A DNA stretch of 63,750 bases, filler included, from Collodictyon triciliatum (taxonomy: Eukaryota), in NCBI GenBank assembly GCA_043381765.1. It is 15 parts of 15 records of this genome, joined end to end, with 100 filler letters (N's around TTAATTAATTAA, not from the genome) between each part and the next. Parts side by side here need not be neighbours in the genome. Positions count along the whole stretch, not along the records: positions 1 to 4,052 come from JBHJMP010006548.1; positions 4,153 to 8,203 come from JBHJMP010006549.1; positions 8,304 to 12,354 come from JBHJMP010006550.1; positions 12,455 to 16,505 come from JBHJMP010006551.1; 11 more parts are not named here. One strand, given 5' to 3'. A program made the position numbers and the translations under genes. Below the pieces are notes generated by a model. It did not search any database. It worked only from the letters and a program-made list of their open reading frames with translations, and was not told where the DNA came from. Positions 1 through 15,964 of this stretch are shown piece by piece (position 1 is the stretch's first letter; each line of letters starts with the position of its first letter).

Positions 1-237
1 GTTACTATTATATCCTTGTTGATGACCTGTGTGCTTGTGATAGAGCGCGTGTGGAAATATACAGTTGATCATTTGAAGCGGTCAAGTTGTTGCGGGGGTA
101 GTGTTGAATTTAAAAGCGAAAGGGATTTATTACATCCGTCGGTATAAAATTGATTTGTTGTATAAGGTTATATTACAAATCAAAACATATCTAGCCAATT
201 ACTAACTATTAAATTGTTAGACAGTCAAGAAATTACA

Positions 238-669
238 ATGGTGGCCGAAACAAGAAACTTTCAAGTTCGTATTCATGAAGGGGGGGATTATGTCTTAATT
301 GTTACTGTTTACAATACGGACACGAATGATTACAAGATTGAGTTCAAGGAGGGCGAGGCTGATGGCTACATAATTGAATGGAAAGACTATTCGCAACTGA
401 CATTGTCGAATGGGAGAAACCGAGCAATATGGAGGACAAGATTTGAAGATGTCATCAGGGTTCACGTGCATTTCAATGGCACTGGCCCAGGCGATGAAGT
501 TACTCAAAGAACTATAGATGAGTGTAACAATGCTGTCCGACGTGCTGTGTGGGGATGCTTGAATGTGCCGCCTGAAGTTACACAAGCACAGAAGCGCGAG
601 ATGTACAAGCTGACCAAGATGTTGATGATTCGTTTTATGATGATGCTGCGAGACTTCCACGCTGAATAA
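238..669 (+). CDS. Intronless orphan ORF, 143 aa from ATG 238 (MVAETRNFQVRIHEGG...LRDFHAE), function unknown
   Basis: Open frame with globular-looking composition, more GC-rich than flanks. TATAAAA at about 143; AATAAA overlaps the stop. Confidence 0.55.
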   Translation: MVAETRNFQVRIHEGGDYVLIVTVYNTDTNDYKIEFKEGEADGYIIEWKDYSQLTLSNGRNRAIWRTRFEDVIRVHVHFNGTGPGDEVTQRTIDECNNAVRRAVWGCLNVPPEVTQAQKREMYKLTKMLMIRFMMMLRDFHAE

Positions 670-775
670 ACATACCAGAACCTTCTCAAACATTCTCTGC
701 CAAATGTGGAATTAACCATATATAGATAGGGACAAGTGTATATAAAGGCGTAAAATAGCAGGGTTGGGGGCTGGC

Positions 776-818
776 TGTCGTATTATCACCTCTATATTAT
801 ATAGGTGATAATACGACA
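776..818. repeat. Perfect 16-bp inverted repeat (hairpin) with an 11-nt loop
   Basis: TGTCGTATTATCACCT (776-791) pairs with AGGTGATAATACGACA (803-818); loop is CTATATTATAT. Confidence 0.95.
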
Positions 819-3800
819 CGGACTGCATCCCTTTCCATCAGATATCTGAATGAAAAAGGTCGATATGTGAGCCATTTGTTGCGCATAATGTGCTTTTCTC
901 TTCAACTAATACAATGTGATGTTCTGGTGCTTTTGTGTTTTGCATTGTGAATGTTAATGATAATGTTAATGCACCTTCCATAGATACATATTTTATTATT
1001 TGCAGTTGTAATATTTCCCTCTGTTCAAAGCCCGTTACTAAAAAAAAAATGAATCGACCAAGAATTGATTTATTTTCGCGACAGATTTTGTATAATTCAT
1101 AAAAATTGTACATGTTAAGACATAAGCAATGAATCTTTCTTCATTTCGCGGCAAAACCAGTCAAATCTGTCAAATCTATGTTGCATCTCACAAAAAAACA
1201 ATAAGAATCAATCAAAAACCGGTCTAATTTCGCGGCAAAAGTAACGGCATGGGGAGCTATGCTGGATATCATATCTATTCCAAGCTATTCACTTTGGAGA
1301 TAGTCAGTAACCCGCTTATTCAGTTAACCAATAGACTAGCCCCATTTTTTCCCCTTCGCTTCGTCCAGCATTTTTGCTTTGACTTTTGCTTCGGATTTCT
1401 CTGTGCGACTAGAGTTTGTAATAAGAAAACCAAATTTTCCTATGCCTCTCTCCTTCAATATTAAAAATAAGTACCACTTCACATGCGACACAAAAAACCT
1501 GTTCCGAGGTTTGAAAAAATTCAGGCTCACTTGTGTATATAGCAGATCACTCAACAATCACATTTATCAACGAAAACACACAGATAGTCAAGAACAAAAG
1601 CCAAAGACCAGCACAACACAACTGATCTATTGAATCCCTTTTGCTTGGACACTCACTATTTTTAACTGAACACAAATAAAAAGCCATCGATCAACATAAG
1701 GCCAAGCAAACTGAATAATACAACATGAAAACATACCTTTATTTTCTTTTTTTTTTAAAAAAAGCAGATGTTTAAACTTAAGCAAGTCTTTTACCGTTGT
1801 CAGAAAGTCAAAAGACTTTATCAAGAATAATGGGGTAGTCTATCAAAAGCTGGCAAATAAAAATAAAATGAAAGAAACAAGAACGGGTCAAAGATGAGTC
1901 TCTTCAAGAAAACTTCATGTGATTGGCTCTAGTCTTGACCAGCATAATCCCTGGGTTATGTTGCGCACAAACTGACCAAAACACAAAACACATGAAAACT
2001 TATCTACATATCCAAATAACATTAGATTCAACTATTCCTCCTTCCTGCAAAGGTTTTAGGGCCCTTATCATTACAAATATACGAGAGTCAAGGAGAGCTG
2101 GGACTATTCCGGATTTCTGAGCCTTTCTGTTGCAAAGCATCGTTGGCCACGCATCCACACTATATGAAATATCCTTGATTTTATTTTTATTTTTTTATCG
2201 AAGCTTTAGCTGACTATTCAATTTGCTGTTTCTAAGAATTTTAAGTGAATTCTATTCCAATCTCATGCAGTTTGTGCTGCTTTCTGGGAGCTTCGGGCGA
2301 TTGAATCTCTGGTTGCTCTGCCCACAGTAAGTCACTTCGATGGAGATCCTTCAAACGTAGACTTTAAGAACGTCTCTTAGATCTTGGATTAGCTTTCAGG
2401 TTGGTTTTTGATCTGTTTGCTTTTCTCTTCTCAACTCGACCTTTTTCATGGGATTCGCCTATTGGTGGAAAAAATAAATCCCTCGTTTATTCATATTTTC
2501 CTTTATTCGATACAAGTGAATGAAGGGGGTTTTAAAAATTTTACAGGACGCCGTATTTGTTGCATCTTGGTTGAAAGCAGTGGCACGTGTCGGTTAAGGG
2601 GTTTAGGCCAGCAGCGTATGGAATCTGGATTTGTGGCTCGTCAATATACAACCGATAGGGTCGAGAATAGTTGCAACCTTCAAGAGGTGCGACTACAAAG
2701 GACTCTGACTTCAATTTGATCAGAGGCCAAATCCCCTTGTGGCGAAAGTGCACGTGACTACCCTGCTCTCCTTTACGATCAGATTCCTTCTATTCATTGT
2801 ATTCGACTACAAATCCAATATCCTTGACTAATGTATATCTAATATTCAACGGATAACATATAGCAGCCGGCAAACCAGCATAACTTCTTCAGTATAGGCA
2901 TTAGCGGAACCAGCAAGAATATTGTAAATTATTTTTGCAGACTCTGAAGAAATATACCTTTATTTTTTAATTAACAACTACAGTATTACTCAAAAATTTT
3001 GGAAACATAAATAATGAATTATCCATTCTTATAGTCTGAAGATATACGCCTGTTCAACTCGACTCCTTGAATCTCAAAATCATACTTTAATCAACCAGAT
3101 TCAGGTATGACACATGTTTGGGAAAATCACTACATACATTTTTATGATTCCAAATAAACGGTAGATTCTGATTCTTTGCTATCTATCTTAATTTTTACCT
3201 TTACTTTTCATAAGGCGTAGATGATATTTAATGATGTATGAATTAAAAGTAGCCAAGTTGGAAAAATCAATCATGAGTTAAGTTCAACGATATTAATGGG
3301 TATTTCATTGAAACAAAAAATCTATGATTAATACAAAATTTTCGACTATTTTTTTATTCTTCCATTCCATTTTGTGCAGGACGGTGGAGATGTTGGCTTT
3401 GGTTCTCTAGCAATCGTTTGCATGGACGCTACTTGGTTGCCGGGTGGCATAGAAGTAATCGGTAATCAGGAATTGCATCCTGCATTTTGGCCTGTAGTCT
3501 GGGTCTTGTGCTTGCATAGGGAGGAAGACCAGGACAAAACTTTCAACTATCTAAATATTTTGATTATTTCTCAGGATGAACTCAAAAAACCATTTATAAT
3601 AGCACTGCATGAAATTTCAGAAAGGGCCCAACTGTCACTACATTTCATCGTACAAGGAACTCTGGAGCTCTCATTTTTTGGTGAAAAACAAGTCATACAG
3701 TAAGTTGACCAAGCCAAATCATAGCATCGAAAATCATTTATTTCAAGGTTTCAAGTTCCATTAATCTAATTTTTTATAATAATAAAAGAAATTCATAATT

Positions 3801-4052
3801 AAAATTTTGAGGGCATTACAAAGAATAGTGCAATCTTTGGGCCAGATTGACCAAGATTATGACAGCAAAAAAGTATGATACTTGTCTAATTTTACCTTCT
3901 AATTCTCATCATAATTGAAAAGCACGAAAAATTCTAAATTTGTATCACAGAAAATTCGTCACATGTTTGATATTCAACGATAGAAAAACCAAATACGCAC
4001 ATTTTAAGTACATGTGTGTAAAGCCTAATTTTTAGCAGATTATCAATCAAAC

Positions 4053-4152
4053 NNNNNNNNNNNNNNNNNNNNNNNNNNNNNNNNNNNNNNNNNNNNTTAA
4101 TTAATTAANNNNNNNNNNNNNNNNNNNNNNNNNNNNNNNNNNNNNNNNNNNN
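4053..4152. other. Artificial contig linker (N44-TTAATTAATTAA-N44). It recurs starting at about 8204, 12355, 16506, 20657, 24806, 32322, 36469, 38903, 43046, 47189, 51331, 55472 and 59612
   Basis: Identical 100-nt N-flanked spacer with stops in all frames; the sequences on either side are unrelated. Confidence 0.97.
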
Positions 4153-4295
4153 AAAAAAACATAAAAAAACATAAAAAAACATAAAAAAACATAAAAAAAC
4201 ATAAAAAAACATAAAAAAACATAAAAAACATAAAAAAACATAAAAAAACATAAAAATATCGCATGAATTATTGAGAAGCAACTATTTACACGTAC

Positions 4296-7200
4296 ATGAA
4301 ACTCTTCGATGAGCCTAAGAAATGTGTCCTTCATTGCGTTGCGTCTGATATCGCCCTCCTTTCTGGATTCCAAGAGGATATCAACATCATCGATCAATAG
4401 AACTGCTCTCCATGAGGACGCCTTTTAGGATATCATATTATACATATTTAGTTGATCCCTTGAATAAAAAAGAGGAAAAAAGTTCAGTCTATGATAGATA
4501 CCTTGGCGTCCTCTTCCTTTTTTATTTTATTTTATTCTTATTATTATTCGAATTAATGATACATTTTGATAAATTGCCTTGGTAGATACTTTTAAAATAA
4601 CCAAGAACCTCGGCATATACACTCAACTATCCGTAATTAATAGCTCAATTTACACATCAACTTACAAGTTCCAATACTTCCTCTAGTTCATGGCGGAGCT
4701 CAGTAGGACTTACCCCCAACTCTCCCGCAGATAATCTTGAGATTTATAATTTAAATATACCAAGTATCTTCTCGTATTTATGACTTAGTTCTAATAGTTC
4801 TTAAAAAAATGTATATAATCAAGGAAAAGGTACATGGACGAGGATTCACTTATATTTATTTCATGTAAGGACGACAAAAGGAATATGTATATATTTAACA
4901 AGGTTTATTCAAATCGTACAAGAGATGCATCTTGGTGAATATAGTTCAAACAAAACCTGTAGAGTGGAAGTCGGAGATGCTCTGCCACTGCTTCAGCCGT
5001 TGCACTCTTTCCAACACCAGCTCTTCCATGAAATAAGAGGATACATGCACTCTTCTTTCTATTATTAAAATTTTAATTCATTCGATGTTTCCCACACGAA
5101 AATAAAAAATAAGCACGGTTTTGTGATTGGATTTTTCTCGTCATATACAATTCCATCTCGCGACAAACGCGCTCCTTCTGTTCCACAGTGGAACGGATGA
5201 GTCTTTTCTTTTCTTCATCCATCACAACTTTATCAAGTGGGCGGTCTCGAAACGAAATAGACTGTCGGTAGATATTTTTAAAAATTCGTATAAAATTTGA
5301 AACTATTCAATGGTGTAATATGTAATTGAATAGAATTCAAGAAATCAAAATCATGCCCTTCAACGAGAAATAATGCATTTCTTAAGATACTGGTATCAAG
5401 GGAAATACAATCGCATATTGGTATATATCCTACGAATATAAGATTTTATATCTATTGATATTGATATAAAAAATACGTGCAACCCAGATACGTGCACTTC
5501 ACCCCACTTTTTTATCGACAGACTGAATGCAGGAAGAAAAGGCCATGTCTATTTGTTGAAATAGGATGCATATTTATTCCTTTCTTTCAATATGTATCCA
5601 ATGTTGGCAATTCGTTCATATCATAACGGTTTACATATCTTTGAATCGAATAAAGGAAAAAAATAACGGTTTACATATCGCTGGTGCATATCTCATTAAT
5701 TCATGCATACATACCTTAAATATCATTTCATCAGGAAGGAAGTCAGACTCTTGTTCCGAGAGAGAGCGGTTACACCAGGGATAGCATCTTTGAAAAAAGG
5801 AAAAAGAAAAAGAAAAAGAAAAAAGAAAAAAGAAAAAGAAAAAAGAAAAAAAGAAAAAAAGAAAAAAAGAAAAAAAGAAAAAAAGAAAAAAAGAAAAAAA
5901 GAAAAAAAGAAAAAAAGAAAAAAGAGAGGTAAATTCTCTCATTTAATCTTCAAATATAGCAAGTAAAATGATATAAATAATACCCGTCAAGGTCGGTCGA
6001 TTTATCCTTGTATTCTCTTTTCCATTCATGAGCATGATGAAGAGGATTGTGGATGATTCCGTCTGGAGTTTCAGAGTCTATGATAATGCAGCGATGGGAC
6101 CTTTTACGAAAATCAAATATTACTTATTATTCCAAATACAAATAAATCATAAGCGAAGCAAAAATGCGATGTTTAGTGCAGTATGGAATTATTGTGATAC
6201 AGACAGCTTGCTAGTAACTTCCAATATAATACTACATAATATAATGTATTACTAAATAATACTATTTCAGCAATTTGAAAATTAAGTGGTCACCTATAAA
6301 TTGGATTGCGGCGACAGAAGTTTGCTCCATCTACAACAACTCGTCCATTAGCAACAAACTTTTCAGGGAATCCAGACCTTTGGCCGTGGAGATATCCCTT
6401 TCCAAAAAAATCCAAATGATTAATTTAAGTTATGTCACATACTTAAAAGAGAGAAAATTGAGAAATATTATATAAAATAATGAAAAAGGAAATAAGGAAA
6501 CGAACACATAAACTGATTGTTGCATTTTTTTAGGCAATACCAATAAAAGTGTAAAAAAAAAAAAGAAGAAAAGATAGAGAAGAAAAATACAGTGTAGTCA
6601 TAATGGTGAATTCCACATCCAAGAGAACGAAATACAGAGCCTCTTTCAATCAAGTTCTCTTTCACATCAGGCGAGGCAAACTCCAGCGGGACGATAGGAA
6701 GTTGATTGAGCGGTTTTGTTCCGTGATAGCTTCTGATGGTAAATATCTTGAATGCAGAAAAGAATCCATGCCCGCTGCATTTAACGACCGATGTGCAAAC
6801 CTCAAGTATTTTTACATCAAATGCTGTTGTTCTGAGAAGGAGACTTCTGTGAGTAAGTGCAGTTTTCGAGAGGTTATTTAAATAGAGCAAACGAAGTGAA
6901 TTCTACGTATATTTTAGTTAATACACACACCTGAATTTACAGCCGATAATTTGTGCTCCAAAATATTCATTTTCTTCCTTAGCCACGACTTGGAGGTCGT
7001 GTGTCAGCAAATATGGCCTATAAGTTTTCATATTTTTCTAAGATTCGATATGAAAATCAACACCATATTTTAAATCGATGAATCAACGAATCAATAATAG
7101 TATCGATAGACAATTGCAGACGTGTTTATTTGTACATCAAAGGAGATTTTGGAAACTCTGGGTTATGGATTTGTGAAAAGGGGCGAGTGGAAGTTGCTTA

Positions 7201-7921
7201 CAACATATAAAATGAAAAAGTCTTGTGCCCAAACTCGGCGATGAAAGCTTCCGCATCCTCTTCGAATTGGGTTTTCACAGATTCACCCAAATTCAAGAGA
7301 AGATTTCTATTCGATGTTGATTCCCCGGAAACGGAGTCATTAATTATGCGAATATACCTTAAAAGCAATCTACGTAGATTTCGATGCATAGATTTTAGTA
7401 TTCGAAGTCTTCAAAACGTAACAAACAATATATAGAAATGAATAGTATCATAGACCGAGCATCGATGACAACGGAGTCTCTAGAGGCAAATATGGTTTTT
7501 TCGGTGATTCGAAGTAAAAGGTTCTTAATGTTTTCACTAAAGATGGAAATCACAATGACCTATTCCATAAAATAAAAAGACGATGAAAATCAATTACAGC
7601 TTCAGTTAATCCAAAAAAAAATAAAGAAAAAAAAAAGAGCCAACTATTTTTTTCTTTGCAAACGCAACACAAGGAATAATTTACTTGGTAGGTCTCTTCA
7701 AACGGTCTTTTGTCATCAGCGTACACGTGAAGATTTCTGTGGTAAAAGCGAAAAGAAGATTCGACCCATGGGAGCTTTGTCATCAAAGTGTTTGGCATTA
7801 AGCTACGCCTTTGTGCATTAAATGATTTTGCGGCAAACTTTGTTGTGATTGCTTCTCGTAAAGGTTGTTGCTTTGGGTCAGACTGCGCATCGTTGATATC
7901 GTAGTGTAAATTAATGCGCAT
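4296..7921 (-). CDS. Multi-exon AAA+ ATPase (partial), resembling the fungal-type family with an extended N-terminal domain
   Basis: Spliced exons give CILLFHGRAGVGKSATAEAVAEHLRLPLYRLSAGELGVSP (Walker A) and ASSWRAVLLIDDVDILLESR (Walker B), with AFSLSIKKWGEV upstream. GT-AG joins are in frame. Confidence 0.85.
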
Positions 7922-8030
7922 AGAACATTTTCAATCGATTTTAAGTACTTCAATATATAGGTTGTGGCACTTCCACATTTAAAACTATTACTTCTATTGT
8001 TCTATATACTAGGAAAAATAGATGTGACAA

Positions 8031-8203
8031 AAAAAAGAGATTAAAAGAGATTAAAAGAGATTAAAAGAGATTAAAAGAGATTAAAAGAGATTAAAAGAGA
8101 TTAAAAGAGATTAAAAGAGATTAAAAGAGATTAAAAGAGATTAAAAGAGATTAAAAGAGATTAAAAGAGATTAAAAGAGATTAAAAGAGATTAAAAGAGA
8201 TTA
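8031..8203. repeat. (AAAAGAGATT)n decamer minisatellite at contig end
   Basis: Direct tandem array. Confidence 0.95.
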
Positions 8204-8374
8204 NNNNNNNNNNNNNNNNNNNNNNNNNNNNNNNNNNNNNNNNNNNNTTAATTAATTAANNNNNNNNNNNNNNNNNNNNNNNNNNNNNNNNNNNNNNNNN
8301 NNNTTTTTTTTTTTTTTTTGGGTTTTTTTTATGGTGTTTTTTTTTTAAAAAAAACCCCCCCCCCCCCCCCCCAG

Positions 8375-11300
8375 GAGACCCGAACTCAAAGTACTACGTG
8401 ATGAGGATACCAGAAACAGTACGGGGAACACAAAAAAGTACAAATGAGCGTCGAATCAGCACCTCTTTTACGGGTTCATCTTTTCTATCATACAAGAGAG
8501 AAAGCTTTGTGCCAGTAGGTTCCTTTTTACCCTGTGACACAGCTCTGGAGACAATACTGTCCTTTTTCCAAGATGGTTTATCATCTTCATCGCTACAAGA
8601 CATGGGCGAAGTGGACGACCCTCCGTCAAATATTATGTGGATTGAAGGAGAGCCAAAGACCGGGAAGTCGACCATGGTGTGCTTCATTTTGGATATGGTT
8701 GCCACATTTAACTATAATAGAGGTTACGGCCGTTGTTACTTGAATCATATGTATTCTCCTCTTTTTGTTTGGAAGGGTATTTTATCAAGCCTTTTACATT
8801 TTCAACAAAACTCGTCTCCTTTGGAAAAGAAACAAGTAAATATTTATTGGAACGCGACCGAATTTCATGATCAACCATAGGAAGCTATTTTAAAATTAAA
8901 TTCACTAATATCCCATTGATCATTATTGTATATTATGAAATTAACTAATGGTGTATCGTATACACTTCTTTTATGATATTCAGATATTGTGTGAAAAATT
9001 ATCATCGATTTGGTTCAAGGAAATCATAGACAAGATGATTAATAAGAGGATGAGTGTGGACCAAAAAATTCATGACATTCTTCTTCCTATTATCAGCGAG
9101 ATGTTTGATATTGGCATGCAAGAAACTCTTTTTTCTCAAAACATCCCTAGCAATGACCGAAGAAATTTTATTATTGCTATAATAATCCATTTTATGCAAT
9201 ACATTTCCCTGGATAAGCCTACTTTAGTTGTCATCGATGATATACAATGGTCCGAAAACAGTTTTATTTTATTTTTTTACAAAAGTTTTAAAGATAAATA
9301 AATTTAAACCTTTCATTATCACATCTTCTAGGATGGACATATTTTCATGGGATATCTTGATGACTCTAATATCAACAGTGCCCAAAGGATATTTTATTAT
9401 TTCATGTTCAGGAAAAACTGATACAGTTTCATATTTCCACCAAAAAATTGGGCCAATCACCCGAAGAAGAATCAACCTAGAGAGGCTAAAACCAAATGAA
9501 GTTAAAAAAATGATTGAAGATAGGTTACCAACTTTCAATCCGGCTCCAGATGTATTCGATATAATTATGAAGAAATCCAAAGGAGATGCTGTTTATTTAA
9601 ATGGTGCATTACAGAAAATTTTATAATCGTATCAATAATCGATTCCTTTAGTAACATTTCCTTGAATTTTTTTCATCTAATGATGAATTTTTCTATGACA
9701 GAGTTTTTCTTGCACATTCAAAAAAATGGGATGATTGTAGACTCAGTTTCTCAAAAGTCATTCGTTCGATCCGATTTTGATTGGAGCATGGTTCCAAGTT
9801 CGCTCACTGAGCTGGTATTTAGCATATGTTCCTGTTGTTTTATTTTTCTCTACATTTATTTATATTGCTCAATACTGTATGCTGAAAAATATTGAGAGTT
9901 TACCCTTTTTTTTTTCCGTTTAACAATAATGATTTGTTGCAACCCTCTGTATATAATTTTATTATTATCTAATTATTAGTATGGTTGTCGAGTTAAAGAG
10001 CTAGAAACTGGACCATTAAAAATGCTTCAATTGCTCAGGTAGTGTTCTTACCAATACATATGATCGATTTGTTGCATATAAATGACACCGTGTTTGCATT
10101 GGTGAGGTCTTTATATGCATATCCCTAAAGTATGTCTAATTTAGCATCCTTGGGCCGTACGAAAAAATGTCTCAAATATTGAGAATGATTCACCGACACC
10201 AAGAAGTCCAATCAAATCAATACTTGGCTCACTTGGTTAGACTTGGATTCATCACGAAAGATCCCTTGGCATCTGATGTGTATTTATTTCCTGCATCTGA
10301 GCTGCGACAATATGTCTGTATGTTTTTACATTTGACATCTAAAAGTTATATTCCAGTGAGGAAAAAACTAAGTACCAATATGGCATACTCTTGCACCTCG
10401 AATATTTCACTCGTGCAATTGACCCTTAGCCTGTCTGATTTTGTATTTTGTATTATTTTTATTTTTATTTTATTTTTATTTTATTTTATTTTATTTTATT
10501 TTATTTTATTTTATTTTATTTTATTTTATTTTATTTTATTTTATTTTATTTTAAAAAAAAGAAAACTTTATTTTAAATAAATAACTAAAACAACTTCAAC
10601 CTGACCACTCACAATTCTCCCTGTATTAAAGACGAAAACATCAAGACTAGCGATTTACAATCGTACCATATGCAAGTGGCTAAATGCCTAGAGACTCAAA
10701 CAGGATTTATGTTCCCATCGATATGTCACAAAATCGCTGAACATTATAAGGCAGCATGCTTGTATCACTATGCTTCAGGTTCAACATATGTATTTTCTTT
10801 TGTTTGTTTCCTTGTTTCTATATGTCATTGAAAACTTTGCCTTGCTACAAAAATTTTTTTCTTTAGTTTCATTCCCACTCCTCTGTCTTTTTTCTTTTTT
10901 TCAAATATTCTCTCTGATAGCTTATCGAAACTTCGATGTAATCATTATTATTATTATTTTCTAGAAAATGTATTTAGGGCGGCAAAATACAATTTCTCGT
11001 GTGCAAATTACATGGCTGCCTCTCAAGTAATATAGTATTATAAATCTAGAATTCTTATTTATTACTTACTTTTTTCTTTTGTTCGCCTAAGGCCAAATAT
11101 CCCCCTAAATTTTGTTAATAACGCAATTATTATGCGCTCTACAACTATCGACATTCAATTGTTATTGATATTTACTATCACTATAATGTAGTTCTTGGAT
11201 TTGACTCTAACAATATCAAAGTCATATTCTATTCAAAAAAGTCCTGAGGTTCTCCTTCATTGGAATTTCATTGAAGCTACCTTATGCTTCAAGTTCAAAA

Positions 11301-12016
11301 TATTTGACAAATGTTTAAGGTGAGTTCTGCGAGATTTTTTTTATTCTTCATATCGATTTGTGCAAGATGGGTTTATGTAATTTTATATTGAATACAAATA
11401 CCTATTGGACACATAGAAAACATGTGAATCACTGTTCACGAAATTATACATATTTAATACAAGAGTGATGCTAACTCGCTTTGAAAAGATGCTGTATAGA
11501 ATTCATGAATACTTCAAACTTACCCGTACCCACGGGTGGTGTGACTATGACAATGAGGCTATTGAAACTAAGATTAGCTCAGAATATCGGCGGATTCTCA
11601 CAAAACAATCAAAGAGACTATTCTGGTGCAAATCCGCAAAATTCTCATGTCGAGGCTGGAAATTCGTATCCAAGAAGCCCAAGTAACCAAGAGTTTGAAG
11701 AAACCCATGTAACTGATCAGTATGAACAACACCAATCTGGACAATCAAATCCATATGTCAATCATCCAAGAATGTACTCTGTCCCTAACATGATGGTGGA
11801 TACGGCTTCTGCGACTTGGGTGCTCAACAAGCGTGTTAACTGCATATTGATGATGGGAAGAATATATTTGCGCTCTGGAGAGTTGAAGAAGTCTGAATTT
11901 ATGTTTCTTGAGGCCAAAAGATTGTGTGAATCTTTAAATGATATCCAAGTTTTGTTATTTACGAGATTGGATTTATCAAAGTTCTATACGTACTCACAAA
12001 AGTCTATCCAAAAAGG
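8375..12016 (+). CDS. Multi-exon STAND NTPase with a helical/TPR-like C-terminal region, ADCY10 (soluble adenylyl cyclase)-like; partial, cyclase domains not in view
   Basis: IMWIEGEPKTGKS (Walker A), YSPLFVWKGILSSLL, PTLVVIDDIQW|MDIFSWDIL (Walker B), KSKGDAVYLNE, YHMQVAKCLE...IAEHYKAA. Confidence 0.75.
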
Positions 12017-12266
12017 GTAACCCAAATCAGCAATTATATAATCTTATCTAATCCTCTTTTTTATTATTATTGGTTGTTTTGTTTAAAAAAAGATTTATAA
12101 TAAATTCAAACTTAAATACGATTTAGGTATTATTATCTTAACGAAGCCAAGCAATTTTTCATACAAAATCGTGCCCATATATTGTAGGTGTCTAGCTGAA
12201 TTGTTTATTATGTCTCTCTGTTTCGCTTTCATATATGTTTGTCCCCTCGACCAAACACTAAATTTC

Positions 12267-12344
<78 letters not shown>

Positions 12345-12454
12345 CGTATTTTTTNNNNNNNNNNNNNNNNNNNNNNNNNNNNNNNNNNNNNNNNNNNNTT
12401 AATTAATTAANNNNNNNNNNNNNNNNNNNNNNNNNNNNNNNNNNNNNNNNNNNN

Positions 12455-14522
<2,068 letters not shown>

Positions 14523-15929
14523 TCCTTGTTTATGCAGAGCCACGAGCGATATGTGATATGTTTGTAAATAGAATAGCGATTCGTGAGAAAATAATAGCTC
14601 TGGCACATAATAAAATGTTGATGGACGCGTGAGTTGCGTGACACCCTGCTTTGATGGTGAATGGAAGCGATTTTGCGATGAGTAGAAGCGGACAATCGCC
14701 ATCGAATGCAAATACCGGACGCTTCTAGTTGATCAAGCTCACAAGCCACCAAACATCATATCGGTTGGATGGAAAAAAAAAAAATGGACTAACGGTTTCT
14801 GTAACCTGTCACAAAAATCACAAACACTAATGCGGCGGTGTCTAATCTAAATCTATTTTTGGAAAACCGATGTGAGCAACCAACTTGGGTAATAGATTTC
14901 TTATCCAGAGCTGGAAAAAACATGTAATGCACACCACAGCCCTTAGCCTCAGCACCACTGAAATTATTACATTTTTAAATAAGCTTCCAAGGTTTGTTTG
15001 ATGTTTATTTTTATTTTTATTTTGCTTTTATTTTGTTTGTTTTTCCTCTCATCATTTTTCCTTTTTCTCGGTCTTATTCAGCCTGTAAGTGGATAAACTT
15101 CATTACAAAGGTTGTGGCGAACTTGGTTTTATCCCTTTCAAGACAAAACACTTTTTATACAACGAAAGTGTACTCATCTACATAGCAGTTTATTGCACAA
15201 ACAACCATCGAATTAAATCTAGATTGACGAAAGCAGGAGCTTTGATGAATCCAAGAAACAACCTGAATGATGTTATAGTATGATTAGTTTACATAATAAG
15301 GTTAAAAATCATAAATAATCTCATTCTATTCCTATAATCAATTTATGTTTTATTTTCCATTTATGCAATGTTATCATTAAAATTAAAAAAAATTACATCA
15401 AGCTGTTGCCTTAGCCCAGACAGAATCCACCCTATAAACCTGCCACCAAACATGCATTTCAAAAAAGCATACTGCCCACACTTGCGGCAGTAATCATGTT
15501 CTTCGGGGCCGATATCTTGACTTTCAGTCACAATGGCTATAAGGCCGTCCTTTCGAGCTCTCCGAATCGGCACTCAGCGTTTTGTCTCAAATCACTTGTA
15601 AAAAAAACTTTGATGTGTTTGTTTGCCACAATGCACACATTTTGAGTGTCTCGGTAGATGCTTAATTTTACATAATTGATTTTGTGCAATTTTTTATTTA
15701 CTTAAATTGACTAATAGACTAAAGGTTTATTAAAATTGAAAACTAAGTAGTTTACTAAAGAAAAAATAAAAAAATATAACAAAGACTTTCAGATGAAGAA
15801 AAGAAAACGTCTTGAGTCTGAGAATTTTAAGTTCATAAAACCTCACCGTCGAAATGTGAAAACATCTCTGAAGAATTGTTATTTAGGGGCATCCAATATA
15901 GTCTGAATCATGGCCTGTGCCTGTCCTTA

Positions 15930-15964
15930 TAGGGTTAGAGCTAGGGTTAGGGCTAGGGTTGGGG
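15930..15964 (+). repeat. Degenerate TTAGGG-type repeat tract
   Basis: TAGGG TTAGAG CTAGGG TTAGGG CTAGGG TTGGGG. Confidence 0.7.

Noticed and set aside
3374-3703. 109-aa + strand ORF; the minus strand has a DPDYRP stretch reminiscent of a LINE reverse transcriptase
   Set aside because: No further RT motifs and frames are interrupted; too weak to call.
4097-4108. Recurrent TTAATTAATTAA as a biological motif or piggyBac target site
   Set aside because: It is always centred in N runs, so it is an artificial linker. Gene neighbourhoods across linkers are meaningless.
14880-14961. Minus-strand sequence resembling a tRNA 5' end / A box
   Set aside because: No T-arm GTTCRA and no cloverleaf could be built.
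15361-15573. Short Cys-containing minus-strand ORF, possible transposase relic
   Set aside because: 70 aa with no catalytic motif or terminal repeats recognised.
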